DNA of 64,000 nucleotides. Origin: a bacterium. Lineage in GTDB: Bacteria > SAR324 > NAC60-12. Positions within the stretch are counted from its first letter, which is position 1; each line of letters starts with the position of its first letter. The position numbers and the translations under genes are program-made. Below, one piece after another: positions 9,611 to 19,855 of the stretch. Location of the stretch: positions 1,952,001-2,016,000 of the forward strand of contig OZ242383.1 in NCBI GenBank assembly GCA_965209155.1, given 5' to 3'. The notes beneath the pieces are model-generated. The model saw nothing but the letters and a program-made list of their open reading frames with translations, ran no database searches and was not told the DNA's origin.

Positions 9611-10582
9611 ATGTCTATACTGATTACCGGCGGAACAGGTTGGGTGGGTACTGGCCTGGCGCATAGACTGGTAAAGAGAGGAGAGGACGTCATATTGTTT
9701 GACATCGCTCCGCAAATAGAGCGCGTCGCGGAGATCAAGAACAATGTAAAGTTTGTCCAGGGAGACGCAAAGGTCTGGCCTGAAGTGTTGCATGTCGTCA
9801 AGGAAAACAACGTTGAAGGCATATTGCACCTTACAAGGCCTGAAACCCCTACTCCCTGGGCCGCTTATGAAGGGCATGTCTCCGGAATAATGAATGTCCT
9901 GGAAGCGGCGCGACTCTTCGAGGTTAAGACGGTGTTGTTCACCAGCAGTATGATGACCTACGGGCTGGGAATACCTACTGACACCATCACTGATGAGACA
10001 CTACAACGGCCTGATACCGAGTACGGTGTAACGAAGCTATATGGTGAGCTTATTGGCAGATCCTACCGGAAGAGATTTGACCTTGACTTTCGCTGCATAC
10101 GATACCCCAACATCTTTGGTCCCGGATTTATTCGGCTCCATCTGAAAACTCAGTTTATTGGCTGGATGATTCTAAATGCAGCCCTTGGCAGGCCTGCCGA
10201 ATGTACTGTCAGCGAAGACACCAGGATTCCTGTCATGTACTATGAAGATGCGATGCGGGCCACGCAAATGCTGTATGATGCACCGAAAGAGCAAATTGAG
10301 ACCGTGTGCTATAACATAGTATCGGTATTCCCATCACTAACGGCCAAGGAGGTAGAGCTGGCTATAAAGAAGTTCATTCCGGAAGCTGAATTTACCTATA
10401 AGCCGGACCCCTGGGCCATGAATTATATCCGCAATCTCAATAACATCGATGACAGCCGGGCTCGTGAGGAATGGGGGTGGGAGCCATTGTATGCCGATTT
10501 CGAAAAAGGAGTGGCCGATTTCATCAAAGAAGTAAGATCGAAACCCGAGTACTACAGCCAGGCCGCGTTAGCAAGCGTATAG
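9611..10582 (+). CDS. NAD-dependent epimerase/dehydratase (extended SDR, threonine dehydrogenase-like)
   Basis: 'ILITGGTGWVG', 'YGVTK', 'LDFRCIRYP'. Confidence 0.85.
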   Translation: MSILITGGTGWVGTGLAHRLVKRGEDVILFDIAPQIERVAEIKNNVKFVQGDAKVWPEVLHVVKENNVEGILHLTRPETPTPWAAYEGHVSGIMNVLEAARLFEVKTVLFTSSMMTYGLGIPTDTITDETLQRPDTEYGVTKLYGELIGRSYRKRFDLDFRCIRYPNIFGPGFIRLHLKTQFIGWMILNAALGRPAECTVSEDTRIPVMYYEDAMRATQMLYDAPKEQIETVCYNIVSVFPSLTAKEVELAIKKFIPEAEFTYKPDPWAMNYIRNLNNIDDSRAREEWGWEPLYADFEKGVADFIKEVRSKPEYYSQAALASV

Positions 10583-10633
10583 CTAGAGTGCGACCCGAGA
10601 CCAGGATGAATTGCAAGGAGATACAAAAGAGGG

Positions 10634-11617
10634 ATGCAAACCTACATAATCAGAAGAGTCCTCCTGATTATACCCACTCTATTGGTGGCGAGTCTCGTAG
10701 TGTTCTTCCTTATTCGATCTATTCCCGGCGATATAGTGAGCCAGATGGAAGCTCAGCATATCGGGATTTTTACAGATGCGGACGAAGCGGCTATCAGACA
10801 GCGCCTGGGACTGGATTCGCCGATCCTGGTACAATACGGACGCTGGATAGGAGTTGTGCCGGACCAGCATGGCTCTTTTTCCGGACTTTTGCAAGGCAAC
10901 CTTGGATTATCCCTATGGCGCCAGCTACCTGTGACGAGGATCATACTCACCAGATTGCCAGTAACCCTTGAGCATGGTGCCTTGTCTATAGTCATAGCGG
11001 TACTGATAGCCGTACCTATAGGTACCTACTCAGCGATACGGCAGGACACCTTTGGCGACTTTATCGCGCGCAGCTTTGGTATTTTCGCTCTCGCTGTACC
11101 CACTTTCTGGATAGGGACGTTGGTAGTAGTCTTCCCCTCGCTTTGGTGGGGTTGGTCTCCGTCGATAAAGCTGATCAAGTTCACGGATGACCCGCTGGGG
11201 AACCTGGGGATGTTCATCATTCCGTCTCTTGTTTTGGGCATGGCTATGGCGGGGGTAACCATGAGGATGACGCGAACCATGATGCTGGAGGTGCTCAGGC
11301 AAGACTATATCCGGACGGCTTGGTCGAAGGGGCTCAAGGAGAGGATGGTAATCCTCCGACATGCTCTTCCAAACGCCCTCATTCCGGTGGTCACCATCAT
11401 AGGATTGTTGTTACCTGTCGTGGTGGGGGGGTCTGTTATCACAGAGCAGATATTCGGCTTACCCGGCCTGGGTACTTTAATGCTACTGGCCATCAACGAT
11501 AGAGACTACACCATAGTCTCCGGCATAATGATGTTTGTGGCTGTCTTTCAGTTGCTGGCCAATCTGGTTGTTGACCTGACCTACGGTTTTCTTAACCCGA
11601 TGGTTCGGTATAAGTAA
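10634..11617 (+). CDS. Peptide ABC transporter permease (DppB/OppB-like)
   Basis: 'YIIRRVL', 'LEVLRQDYIRTAWSKGL', 'HALPNALIP'. Confidence 0.92.
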   Translation: MQTYIIRRVLLIIPTLLVASLVVFFLIRSIPGDIVSQMEAQHIGIFTDADEAAIRQRLGLDSPILVQYGRWIGVVPDQHGSFSGLLQGNLGLSLWRQLPVTRIILTRLPVTLEHGALSIVIAVLIAVPIGTYSAIRQDTFGDFIARSFGIFALAVPTFWIGTLVVVFPSLWWGWSPSIKLIKFTDDPLGNLGMFIIPSLVLGMAMAGVTMRMTRTMMLEVLRQDYIRTAWSKGLKERMVILRHALPNALIPVVTIIGLLLPVVVGGSVITEQIFGLPGLGTLMLLAINDRDYTIVSGIMMFVAVFQLLANLVVDLTYGFLNPMVRYK

Positions 11618-11618
11618 T

Positions 11619-12572
11619 ATGAGTGACACCCAAGAGATACCAACCGTAGCCAGCGAGAAGAGACGGACAGGTCTGGCATCTTTCTTTGTCAGGCTGGTCA
11701 AGGAGAAGCCCGTGGGGGCCTTCTTTGGGATGATCGTCTTGCTCTTTCTTCTTACTGGTATTTTTGCCGATTGGCTGGCGCCTTACGGAATAAACGAAAG
11801 TCACCCTATAGATCGCCTGCTTCCCCCATCAACCCAGTATTTCTTCGGTGTGGATAACCTGGGGCGGGATATCTTCAGTCGTGTTATCTTTGGGGCTCGT
11901 ATCTCGATGATTGTAGGTATAGCTGCTGGTACGATGTCTATACTTGTTGCCTCGTTGATAGGTGTTCTTTCCGGGTATTTCGGCGGTAAGTTCGATATGG
12001 TGGTGCAGCGCTTTGTGGATGGCTGGATTTGCTTTCCCTCGTTGATCCTTTACCTTGCCGCTATGTCTATAGTGGGACCAGGGATGTGGCAGGTGATTAT
12101 TGCCATAGGGTTGGTACAAGGTATCGATGCTTCAAGGATAATGAGAAGCGCAGTTATCAACATTAGAGAGAATATGTATGTAAATGCGGCGGTGGCTATT
12201 GGCAGTCCGACTACGAAAACAATCGCCCGGCATATCCTGCCCAATACTATGCCTGCTATGATCATCTTATTTTCGACACAGGTGCCGATTGCAATTTTAT
12301 CTGAAGCCGCCCTCAGCTTCCTTGGTTTTGGCATCCCCCCTCCGCAGCCTAGTTGGGGAGGGATGCTCACTGGCTCCGGACGCTCCTATATGTTCCGAGC
12401 TCCTTGGATGGCCCTATGGCCTGGTCTGGCTATCAGTATTGTAGCCTACAGCATCAATATGTTTGGTGATGCGGTGAGGGACCTGCTGGACCCCAAGCTC
12501 AGGGGCAGCGTCGGGGGTCTCGGTGGCCACGGTGCGAAGTTGGCTAAAAAAGCTAAGGCTCGTCACATATAA
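11619..12572 (+). CDS. Peptide ABC transporter permease (DppC/OppC-like)
   Basis: 'GVDNLGRDIFSRVIFGARIS', 'EAALSFLGFGIPPPQPSWG'. Confidence 0.92.
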   Translation: MSDTQEIPTVASEKRRTGLASFFVRLVKEKPVGAFFGMIVLLFLLTGIFADWLAPYGINESHPIDRLLPPSTQYFFGVDNLGRDIFSRVIFGARISMIVGIAAGTMSILVASLIGVLSGYFGGKFDMVVQRFVDGWICFPSLILYLAAMSIVGPGMWQVIIAIGLVQGIDASRIMRSAVINIRENMYVNAAVAIGSPTTKTIARHILPNTMPAMIILFSTQVPIAILSEAALSFLGFGIPPPQPSWGGMLTGSGRSYMFRAPWMALWPGLAISIVAYSINMFGDAVRDLLDPKLRGSVGGLGGHGAKLAKKAKARHI

Positions 12573-12927
12573 AATCCAGGGACAGTTACGAAAATAAATC
12601 ACGAAAACCAGATCCGAAATTAGCGGGGATCAGAATCTTTCTCCTGGTGGAGAGCACGCAGCCGTTCGACTTCCGCAAGCGCTTTTTCTTCACGCTCATG
12701 AAACTCGACTTCCTCATTGTTCGCTTTTGTTGATTTTCCTTCTCAAGTCGTTCTTGAATGACTGTCTTGAGCGAAGGTATTGGTGCTTGAACGGTTTTCC
12801 ATTTACTTTATCATTTTTTTGTGATGCTTGCCATCAATCAATAGCCCCTTGAGGTCTCCTCGCATTGCTTTTAAATCGGAGCAAAACGCGCTGTGTTAAG
12901 GCTCCGGTTGATTGACTTGTTAGCACT

Positions 12928-13248
12928 TTATATTGATAACTGTGCGATATGGGATAAGGTTTCTGGATAGTTTTTCACCAGATGTAGTAAGGTTATTGCT
13001 TGTTCATTGGGCCTGCTTCGACCCTGCTCCCAGTTTTCCAAAGTTCGACTCGAAGTGTGTAAATATCTGGCGAAGACCTGCCTTGACATATTCAGCCGAT
13101 GTCGGATACTTTTAATTTCACTCGGGGTTATTGTCAAATCGACAGGTTGTTCCAGCTGATGGGTCTTCAGCGTTAATTTACCCTCATCATGCTTCTTTGC
13201 CTCAGATAAAGCAGCGTGCAACTCATCATACAAATTACGTTTGCTCAT
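12928..13248 (-). CDS. XRE-family HTH antitoxin (HigA-like)
   Basis: 'IRHRLNMSRQVFARYL..S.RTLENWEQGR..P'; overlaps the upstream toxin gene. Confidence 0.85.
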   Translation of the reverse strand: MSKRNLYDELHAALSEAKKHDEGKLTLKTHQLEQPVDLTITPSEIKSIRHRLNMSRQVFARYLHTSSRTLENWEQGRSRPNEQAITLLHLVKNYPETLSHIAQLSI

Positions 13249-13567
13249 TTCGCCATTTCTCCATCAATGTTTTCAGTTGTTTCTTTTCAGTCGAAGTTAA
13301 ATCGGTCACTTCATTTTTGGTATAAATGGTCAGTAAGTAGAATCGACTCTTAGCATCCAGGAAATAATAAATAATTCGCGCTCCACCTCTTTTCCCTTTG
13401 CCTTTCGTTCCAAAGCGAACTTTTCTTAAACCTCCACTCCCCTGGATCACTGTGCCAATTTCAGGTTGAGCTAAAAGCATTTGCTGTAACTCTCTAAATT
13501 CATCATCAGACAAGTAATCCGGTCGAAGTTTCTCAAATAATCGTGATTCTACAAAGAGAGCATTCAT
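13235..13567 (-). CDS. RelE/HigB-like toxin
   Basis: 'FVES..F...L...PE.G.VIQGSGGLRKVRF...GKGKRGGARIIYY...LLTIYTKNE..DLT'. Confidence 0.85.
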   Translation of the reverse strand: MNALFVESRLFEKLRPDYLSDDEFRELQQMLLAQPEIGTVIQGSGGLRKVRFGTKGKGKRGGARIIYYFLDAKSRFYLLTIYTKNEVTDLTSTEKKQLKTLMEKWRNEQT

Positions 13568-13811
13568 GCTTTGAATATACGCATATTACGTATAGATAAC
13601 AAGGCGAATTTCGATGGTGCCACCGAGCAAGTCGCTGTCTCGTTTCTGTATAATTTGATATTTTGAAAACCGTTTGACAAGCCATAGGGGGATCCGGTAC
13701 CATTTTCCAACTAGATAATATCTCAGTTACTATGTAAATCAGACAGTCTCCGATGGTTGTGATATTAAATAGTTTCAGCAAAAACTAACAACCATCTTTT
13801 AGGAGACTGCT

Positions 13812-14876
13812 ATGAAAAAGATTAACATTGAATCATTATTAGGCCAAACCATTTATATAGGAATCGACGTGCATAAAAAAACCTTTCATGTCACCATTCG
13901 GAGCTTTGATTGCGAGTTGAGCAGTCAATCCATTCCAGCGAGTTGGTCGGCCTTAAAAAAACTTTTGAATCCTTTCAAATCATTGGAGATGAAAGTGGTC
14001 TATGAAGCCGGTTATTGTGGCTACTGGCTCTCTCGTCATCTGAGCCATTGGGGGGTGGATTGTTTGGTCACCCCTCCCAGTTTGATTCCTCAAGAGTCAG
14101 GTAATCGAGTAAAAACCGATCGCAAAGACAGCAAGAAATTAGCCTTTTATCTTTCCAGAGATTTGCTCAAAAGTGTTTATGTTCCGAGTGAAGCTAATTT
14201 GCAGCAACGCAAACTCATTCGCCATCGTCGTCAACTCATGGGCAATCGAGTTCGTGTTCAAAATCGCATCAAAGCCGAGTTAAGTTTTCATGGACAAAAG
14301 CTCTCCAGCGACCAAGGTTCTTGGACTCAAAGTTTTTTATTGGAATTAACAAACTTGGCTCAAAGCGACTCTCGCTTTGGTTTGAGTATGCAAATGCTTC
14401 TGGAAGAATTCCATTTTCTCCAAGAGCAAATTCTTCGTCTGACTCAAGCCATTCGACAACTGGCCAAGAGCCCTCAACACCAACTCAACGTTCAGTTTTT
14501 AAGATCCATCCCCGGAGTGGGTTTGCTCACAGCGATGACCTTTTTATTAGAATTGGAAGATCTCACGCGTTTTGCTCAAAGTGATCAAATCGCCGCTTAT
14601 GTGGGCTTAACCCCTTCTCAGTTTTCCAGTTCTGATCAGATTCGCATGGGCCATATTACTCGTTCCGGCAAAGCCGATCTGCGTGGAATGTTGGTGGAAG
14701 CGGCTTGGACTCTGGTGCGTAAAGATCCTTATTTTAAAACCAAATATCAACGCTTGGCTTGCCGCATCGGAGGCAAACGGGCCATTGTGGCCATCGCTCG
14801 TAAACTGGTGATTTTGGCTAGGAGGTTAATCCTCGATCAAACACCTTATCAACCTCCTGTGCTCCAAGTGGTTTAA
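13812..14876 (+). CDS. IS110-family DEDD recombinase
   Basis: 'YIGIDVHKK', 'YEAG', 'KTDRKDS', 'SIPGVG', 'GLTPSQFSS', 'KRAIVAIARKL'. Confidence 0.95.
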   Translation: MKKINIESLLGQTIYIGIDVHKKTFHVTIRSFDCELSSQSIPASWSALKKLLNPFKSLEMKVVYEAGYCGYWLSRHLSHWGVDCLVTPPSLIPQESGNRVKTDRKDSKKLAFYLSRDLLKSVYVPSEANLQQRKLIRHRRQLMGNRVRVQNRIKAELSFHGQKLSSDQGSWTQSFLLELTNLAQSDSRFGLSMQMLLEEFHFLQEQILRLTQAIRQLAKSPQHQLNVQFLRSIPGVGLLTAMTFLLELEDLTRFAQSDQIAAYVGLTPSQFSSSDQIRMGHITRSGKADLRGMLVEAAWTLVRKDPYFKTKYQRLACRIGGKRAIVAIARKLVILARRLILDQTPYQPPVLQVV

Positions 14877-15107
14877 ACAAAAACAGAGCCTTGAGATTCA
14901 TCTACTAGAAAGCAACAACCAAGAAATTTGAAAAAGTTCAACACCTCATTATCGAAGTTCCTGGAGTATGGCGGTGTCATTCTTGTTGACTCCGATCATC
15001 GTCGCTCAGTATGCCAACTCCTTTCATGAAAATGACTTCGAAAAAGTAACTTGTCGGCCTTTGGGACCACGAATAGTAGACTGGTTAGAATTTTTTTCAT
15101 AACTATC
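14877..15107 (+). ncRNA. Candidate bridge/seek RNA of the IS110/IS1111 element
   Basis: Non-coding; contains TGTCATTCT (reverse complement of the right junction AGAATGACA) and ATAGTAGA (donor end); short stems CGAAGT/ACTTCG and GGAGT.TGGC/GCCAACTCC. Confidence 0.55.
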
Positions 15108-15239
15108 TTGACATATGATTTCATAGTAGAATGACAGGTTATACAGAAAAATGGATAGTTCATGATAAAGCTCCCTTCTCAAATTTAAGCATATTTGAAT
15201 CGGTTTTAGAGCAGCATGCCATTCCGCTGGCGGAGCGTG

Positions 15240-15679
15240 CCTCGACTTCCCCCCTTGAGGCTCTTCAAGAAGCCTGTCAACTCTTTGAAAAAGAACGAGA
15301 GCAGTGGAAGCAAGAGCGCTTAGAATTCTGATTTACCTCCCTGGCAAAGCGTTTACGATCATTATCGCCATTGGAAAAAACACTGGATTGTGGAGTGAAC
15401 CTTCGCTTTTTGGCTCATGATCATAAAGAAGCGGATCTCCCTGATTGATAGATTTTTAATTTTTTTTACGAATCTTGCATTTTTTTTTTTAATTTGGGGT
15501 TGACATTATGCAAGTAGTAGTAGTGCTAAAATCATACCATCACTAAGTTGTTTTAGTGAAAAAAGGGTTCCCGATCGATGGAACAATATCGTGGGAGGAC
15601 TTGAAAACGATCGGTCCTCTCCGGGAATCTTTTTAATGATATTTAACTGAACGGGTTTTTCAGAGACCTGAATAGTTAC
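15240..15679 (+). mobile_element. IS66-derived element, copy D (IS66 tnp fragment + IS5 tnp fragment + cargo + right end)
   Basis: 'PLEALQEACQLFEKEREQWKQER', then 'LPPWQSVYDHYRHWKK', then cargo ending CCTGAATAGTTAC. Confidence 0.78.
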
Positions 15680-15862
15680 CAAATGTTAAAGAATTTCTGC
15701 TGGTTTTTCTTTTTTGATAGATTTCAAGAAATCGCTGCAGGGTTGACCTTGGGTGCTACCAAAGAATAATCCGCTTGCCTCCCATGGCTTTTCCGAAAAA
15801 AGAGACCGACAAAATAATTATCTGGAATACTATAAGACAGTCAATGAATAGAGGGAACTCTT

Positions 15863-16043
15863 CCATTTTCTCCAACCGCGTATGGCTCACTTCATGCTGC
15901 CCAGATTCATTCGGATTGTCGACGAATTGCCCAAAACCCCCACCCAGAAAGTACAAAAAAATCTGCTCAAAACGGCAGGAATCACTCCCGATACTTGGGA
16001 TCGGGAGTCTGTAGGAATCAAAGTAAAGCGAGAAAAGATATGA
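15863..16043 (+). pseudogene. C-terminal fragment of an acyl-CoA ligase (CaiC-like)
   Basis: My translation: 'RMAHFMLPRFIRIVDELPKTPTQKVQK.LL...GIT.DTWDRE'. Confidence 0.7.
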
Positions 16044-16376
16044 CTGAGGAGGGTCTTCGTCGAAAAGGCCGACTTCATTTCAAGCGTCGGATATCTGAAT
16101 GGCGGCGACTCCAGGGAAAAGGCAGGCCTCCCACCAAAGCAGGCGATCAAGGTTTACTCTAACCTGGCTGCCTTAGACTTTGAAGAGACGACCAAACAGA
16201 TGCGACTGGTTTCGGTGCATCCCGGCGTCTCTGTTGAGCGTGTCAAGGAGAACACGGGATTTGACTTGGTCATACCGGAGAAAGTCCCTGAGACTGAGCG
16301 GCCCACCGAGCAAGAAGTCGACATGATCAGGAACCAGATAGACCCCAACGGGATATACCTGACCTTCAAGGACTAA
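16044..16376 (+). pseudogene. C-terminal fragment of a CoA-transferase beta subunit
   Basis: My translation: 'RVFVEKADFISSVGYL.GG..RE...MRLVSVHPGVSVERVKENTGFDL...TE.PT..E...IR..IDP.G'. Confidence 0.72.
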
Positions 16377-16690
16377 GAAGCTGTTTTAAAAACCCTAAAA
16401 TTGCCATAAATGTCTCCCCTCCCTTGAAGGGAGGGGTTGGGGGAGGGTGAGGGATTCGCCGATTAACTCGGTTTTTCCTAATTTGCAAGCTTGACCCCGA
16501 AATCGAAATTTGATATTCCTACTATTTGGCCATACGGAGTATTGGAGCCGGCTGAAATGCATTTTTTTCTTGACCTTTCAGCTAGTGAATGACTTTATTT
16601 AGGTCCCAATCCTTCATTGGAAAACTGAAACGGTAAAATAAATTCTTAAACGAATGCATCGTAAAAATTAATGATTATAAAGGGTTTTAT

Positions 16691-17485
16691 ATGACAAAAT
16701 TGTTTGATCTCACAGGTAAGGTTTCTATTGTTACCGGGGGGAATGGTGGGATAGGAAGAGCCATCGCAATAGGACTTGCTGACCATGGTTCAGATATTGT
16801 CATCGCGGCACGAAATGAAAAGAAAACAGAAGAGGTTGTCAAACAAATACTTTCCGTTGGAAGACGCTGTATTGGTGTTCAATGTGATGTGCTTCAGAGA
16901 AGTGATATCATCAACACAATCGAGGTTGCTGAGAATGAACTAGGAGGTCTCAACATACTCGTGAACAACGCAGGAATTGGACAGGGAGGAGAACCGCCTC
17001 AGGAGATTGCATTAGAATGGTGGCAGCAAGTCATCGACACTAACCTGACAGCCCCTTTTGTCTTTTCACAAGCAGCCTACCCTGCTTTAGTCAAATGCGG
17101 AGGAGGAAAGATTATCAATATAGGTTCGGGTTATTCAATCAAGGCTGCTGCCGGAAATGCACCCTATGCTGCCAGTAAAGCTGGATTGTGGAACATGACC
17201 CGGTCTCTGGCACTGGATTGGGGCGAGGACAATATTCAGGTCAACATGATTTTACCTGGATGGATTCGAACAGAGATGGCCTCAGAACCCTTGGGAGACA
17301 TCAAGCGAAAAAACAAAATTATTTCTGAAACTCCAGCCGGCAGGGTAGGGGAACCTGAAGACATAACCGGAGCGGCTGTCTTTCTTGCTTCCGGAGCATC
17401 AGACTTTGTCACTGGGAAATACCTCCAAGTGGAAGGAGGAAGACATGCAGGAGATATGGCATGGCCTCCCAAAACTAAAGGATGA
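16691..17485 (+). CDS. SDR oxidoreductase (KduD/gluconate dehydrogenase-like)
   Basis: 'TGGNGGIG', 'NNAG', 'YAASK', 'PGWIRTEM'. Confidence 0.88.
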   Translation: MTKLFDLTGKVSIVTGGNGGIGRAIAIGLADHGSDIVIAARNEKKTEEVVKQILSVGRRCIGVQCDVLQRSDIINTIEVAENELGGLNILVNNAGIGQGGEPPQEIALEWWQQVIDTNLTAPFVFSQAAYPALVKCGGGKIINIGSGYSIKAAAGNAPYAASKAGLWNMTRSLALDWGEDNIQVNMILPGWIRTEMASEPLGDIKRKNKIISETPAGRVGEPEDITGAAVFLASGASDFVTGKYLQVEGGRHAGDMAWPPKTKG

Positions 17486-17680
17486 GATATCAATCTTATT
17501 GACCTGCCCCCTTTACTGAAAAATTACTGAAACGCCCTAAAAGAATCATTCACTAGCGAGAATGCAAAGAAAGAGATCGAAAGGGGTCAAATCATTTTTC
17601 GCTAGCGTTTTGTTGGAACTGGATGCAAATCAGATTCGTTGCCAAACTTATACGGTACTAAAAACGCAGCGACAAAATCA

Positions 17681-18043
17681 TTAAAGTGGGATATGCACTA
17701 TCTGATCTTGATATTCATCTACATCTGAAGCCTCCCATATTAACAATAAGTCATCAATGATCTCTCCCATTGATGCATTGGGACGTATTTCGAATACTCC
17801 TGGGACATGATTTCCTTGTGATAAATGATCTTTCAAATGTTGCGGCATAGATTTTCTATTTCGAGTAATCAAACTAAATCCTTCTTTTTCAAGCCAAATC
17901 AAAATTTTAGGATCAAGTGTTCCAAGAGGAGGAGCCTTTTCATCACCAATATTGTAGATGATAATTTTGGGTTGAATTCTACGCAATTGATCAGCAATTG
18001 CTGGTGCCGTGTTCTCATCCACAAGATAGCATCGCTCACTCAT
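17681..18043 (-). CDS. DUF5615 PIN-like toxin
   Basis: 'YLVDEN', 'D..IL.W...G..LITRN', 'GNHVPGVF'; coupled to the DUF433 gene. Confidence 0.75.
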   Translation of the reverse strand: MSERCYLVDENTAPAIADQLRRIQPKIIIYNIGDEKAPPLGTLDPKILIWLEKEGFSLITRNRKSMPQHLKDHLSQGNHVPGVFEIRPNASMGEIIDDLLLIWEASDVDEYQDQIVHIPL

Positions 18044-18390
18044 ATTGCGATACCTTTTATCTGGGCCTGCCTTTCCAATTTAAGTTTTCGCAGACGACTT
18101 ACTCCAGGAGATGGATTTTGTTGTTGTTCTTGCCAAGATTCTTCAGCATATTTTCTCCATCGCTCCATATACTGATCAACTTCTCTTTTGTTGTGGAAAT
18201 AATAAGTCAGAGTCCCATAGACTTGTTCGAGAGACAATGCCCGATAACGAATGGCTATTTCTTCTGGGCTAGAAGCATTAAAATAATCCTCCAACACTGT
18301 TTCTATACCGATCCTCGTACCTTTTAAGCGAATGTCATCTTCACTCAAGAAATCAAAATAATCCTCTAGCTTAATTCGAGCATTTTCCAT
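18040..18390 (-). CDS. DUF433 antitoxin-like protein
   Basis: 'IRLKGTRIGIETVL...SPEEIA..Y..LSLEQVY..LTYY'. Confidence 0.8.
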   Translation of the reverse strand: MENARIKLEDYFDFLSEDDIRLKGTRIGIETVLEDYFNASSPEEIAIRYRALSLEQVYGTLTYYFHNKREVDQYMERWRKYAEESWQEQQQNPSPGVSRLRKLKLERQAQIKGIAI

Positions 18391-18470
18391 AGTACCCTTA
18401 ATACTTTCAGGATAAGACAATAAATCGTTCAAATAATATCTTTTATTTTATCACTAATTTAAAGAATTTC

Positions 18471-19542
18471 GTAACTATTTAGGTTACTTTAGAGCCCCCT
18501 TCAATTTAAGCACAGGTTTTGCACGGCATAAAGTCCAGGAAGGACATTATGCTCTCGAAAGTTCAAAAGTATATTCATTCCATTTCATCGACAGCCCCCC
18601 TCGAGGCTCTTCAAGAAGCCTGTCAACTCTTTGAAAAAGAACGAGAACAGTGGAAGCAAGAGCGATTAGCACTCCTCAAACGTATTGAAGCGCTCGAAAC
18701 AGAAAATAAGCAACTCCGGGATCAGTTGGCTCTCAACAGCCAAAACTCAAGTAAGCCTCCTTCCAGCGATCCAAGTCGAAAGAACAAAAGTTTGCGTAAA
18801 AGTAGGTGTCGCTCTCGCGGAGGTCAACCCGGTCATCAAGGCCATCATTTGCCTTTCAGTGAATCACCAGATCATGTGGAGCCTCATTTTGTCAGCACTT
18901 GTGAAGCCTGTGGAGAAGATTTATCCCAAGAGAAGGTTGAGGCCCGGCATAAACACCAAGTGTTTGATCTTCCCCCGCTCCAATTAGAGGTCACCGAGCA
19001 TCAGGTGGAACAAAAAAATTTGTCCCTGCTACCGGCATCTGAATCGCTCGAGCTTTCCAGCAGGGATAGAGGGACCCACTCAATAGGGTCCCTGGATCAA
19101 AGGCTTAGCGGTTTATATCAATCAATATCAGTTTCTGCCCTTTGATCGATGCCAGCAATTCTTTGAGGATCTGTTCGGCCAGACGCTCAATGCGGCCACG
19201 ATTTATGCTAGCCTCCAGCAAGCCGCCCATAGGCTTTATCCCTTGCAACAACAAGTGGCTGAAGCTCTGATTCAAGCGGAGGAAACCTTGTTATTCATGG
19301 ATGACTTTCGGGTTCCTTTTGATAACAACCAAGCCGAGCGAGATATTCGCATGGTTAAATTGAAACAGAAAAACTCAGGCGGCTTCCGAACGGCTGAAGG
19401 ATCACAGGCTTTTTGTACCATCCGAGGAGCTCTTTCCACTACCAGAAAACAAGGAAAATCCATCTTCGAGATGCTCACACAGGCTTTGTCTCTCCCGGAT
19501 CCAGTCCGGGACAAGCTTTTACCTGCGCCTCCTTGTTACTGA
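18471..19542 (+). pseudogene. IS66-family left end and decayed transposase (frameshift, internal deletion)
   Basis: End GTAACTATTTAGG; 'LNSQNSSKPPSSD', 'GGQPGHQG', 'CEACG', '[25 protein letters not shown]'. Confidence 0.85.
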
Positions 19543-19559
19543 AACTCCCCTTTTTTTAA

Positions 19560-19651
19560 ACGTTTCGCCCCTTGCGAGCCAAACGTATTCCTGGCGAACA
19601 TAGCATCGTCAATGCGATTTTGTAGGTCGTGAAAACGAGTTGTCAGTGGAG
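19560..19651 (+). pseudogene. IS5-family transposase N-terminal relic, interrupted by IS21 (continues 22292-22370)
   Basis: 'IVNAIL*VVKTSCQW' then, after the IS21, 'LLHDLPPWQSVYDHYRHW'. Confidence 0.7.
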
Positions 19652-19855
19652 TGCATATTCCGGCCCACTTCGATCACCGATTCCGGTCCACTTCGATCAC
19701 TGATTCCGGCCCACTTCGATCACTGATTCCGGCCCACTTCGATCATCATGGATGATCGTTGCAACAGCGAAGCAAGCCGTTCCTTCATTTCAATAAAATT
19801 GGCTATATAGATCCTCTGTCAGTAAGAATATTTTCATTATTTTCCAAGAGGATCT

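Larger units (their letters stand above)
13712..15130 (+). mobile_element. IS110-family element with IS1111-like organisation
   Basis: TAGA core at 13712-15 and 15127-30; imperfect subterminal IRs TACTATGTAAATCA / TGATTTCATAGTA; ~250-nt non-coding region after the transposase. Confidence 0.8.

Noticed and set aside
16412..16452. CCCCTCCCTTGAAGGGAGGGGTTGGGGGAGGG hairpin as an RNA gene
   Set aside because: Looks like a common extragenic palindrome; single copy here with no further support
19658..19745. 23-bp repeats resembling a mini-CRISPR (also 22215-22280 and 1065-1130)
   Set aside because: Contiguous, no spacers; these are IS21 subterminal repeats
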